Shown here piece by piece: positions 63,231 to 64,000 of a DNA stretch of 64,000 bases. Location of the stretch: IMG/VR virus record IMGVR_UViG_2751185671_000004, positions 96,001 through 160,000 of that record; one strand, written 5' to 3'. The translations under genes were made by a program, and so were the position numbers. The DNA comes from a virus (Duplodnaviria; Caudoviricetes). Within the stretch, counting starts at the first letter, position 1, and every line of letters starts with the position of its first letter. Under the pieces are notes generated by a model. That model was not told the origin of the DNA, made no database searches, and worked only from the letters and a program-made list of their open reading frames with translations.

Positions 63231-63872
63231 ATGAAATTTAGTCGCATCATTATTTCATTAACATTGATACTTAGTAACATATCAGCTTTTGCGGAAAGTC
63301 ATTTATATTCCAATTTTCAAAACCCTAGTAGGTTAGGAGTTCCGGGAGCTGTTTCTGACTTATCAGAAAGCTTGAATAAGAGCACTGAAGTCTTTCATGA
63401 GTTTACTCTTAGAAATGACAGCTACGTTTCGAGGGTAAGCTGGGTTGGCAGCAAAGTACCCGGTTTCGAAGTAACTGCCTATCCACTTTTTAGGATTAGC
63501 TTTCATGAAAGTATAAGAGGTTCAGCGAACTGCCCAGCGGATTATAGGATGATTATATGCCCAGACCCTTCACCAATAGCGCAATTTATTGTGGAACCAT
63601 CTTTAATAGATAACTCTGTAGGCCACAGTGGCCAGGGCGCAAAGTACTCGGTACATCTTGGCAGCCCAGTGTTTCTACCTAGCGCACAGAATTACTGGGT
63701 GTCTATTGCATACTTTGCACCAGATATTAATTCTAATAGTGCAGACGGTTATGAATGGCATTGGGGCGTAGGGGATAACTTAGTTCCGCAAGTTCAGTAC
63801 GATTTTGATACAGAGCGTTACGCCTATACACTTGGCCACACTTTTTCTTTGTATGGAAATATCGCTGAGTAA
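63231..63872 (+). CDS. Hypothetical secreted protein
   Basis: Signal peptide ending AFA; RBS AAGGA. Confidence 0.65.
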   Translation: MKFSRIIISLTLILSNISAFAESHLYSNFQNPSRLGVPGAVSDLSESLNKSTEVFHEFTLRNDSYVSRVSWVGSKVPGFEVTAYPLFRISFHESIRGSANCPADYRMIICPDPSPIAQFIVEPSLIDNSVGHSGQGAKYSVHLGSPVFLPSAQNYWVSIAYFAPDINSNSADGYEWHWGVGDNLVPQVQYDFDTERYAYTLGHTFSLYGNIAE

Positions 63873-64000
63873 ATTCACATAAAATTTGTGCTAGCCAGCA
63901 AGTTTGACTTAAGCTTCTCGTAGAGAGAGCAAATATTTAGCCAACTCATTTTTTGTTCCCGGTGGATATTATTTATTAAGCAATACTAAAAGAATGGAGT

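Overview
AT-rich accessory region, probably from a marine or host-associated gammaproteobacterium; no housekeeping, rRNA or intact tRNA genes seen. (1) 1-~15.8 kb: tail of a serine-recombinase/DUF2924-type island carrying defence-like cargo (AIPR, YfbU, PRTase+DprA ShosTA-like pair, dual-OB/DUF488/DUF4326 operon). Several cargo genes sit between degenerate integron attC-like sites, with no integrase in the window. (2) 16-18.7 kb: two decayed IS6 copies around a secreted serine hydrolase. (3) 14.9-22 kb: three isolated type I-F CRISPR repeats (21791, 20653, 14863; 0, 1 and 3 mismatches to consensus) with a complete I-F leader at the perfect copy. Whole genes lie between them instead of 32-nt spacers, and no cas genes are present. 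(4) Five signal-peptide-less, effector-like genes (19.0, 19.8, 20.9, 47.0, 54-57 kb) share one hrp-box-like promoter, (G/A)AACYN-N15-YACNYA. (5) 23.5-46.3 kb: a Sec-signal 3.4-kaa Rhs/YD toxin with an array of orphan C-terminal/immunity modules dominated by HEXXH metallopeptidases, interrupted by a phage lysozyme/holin remnant. (6) 47-64 kb: S8 protease, IS481 relic, FAD-oxidoreductase-Ser/Thr-kinase fusion, 7x50-aa FG-GAP-like propeller, glycine-rich secreted protein and 2OG-Fe(II) oxygenase. All family calls come from motif recognition by eye, not database searches.
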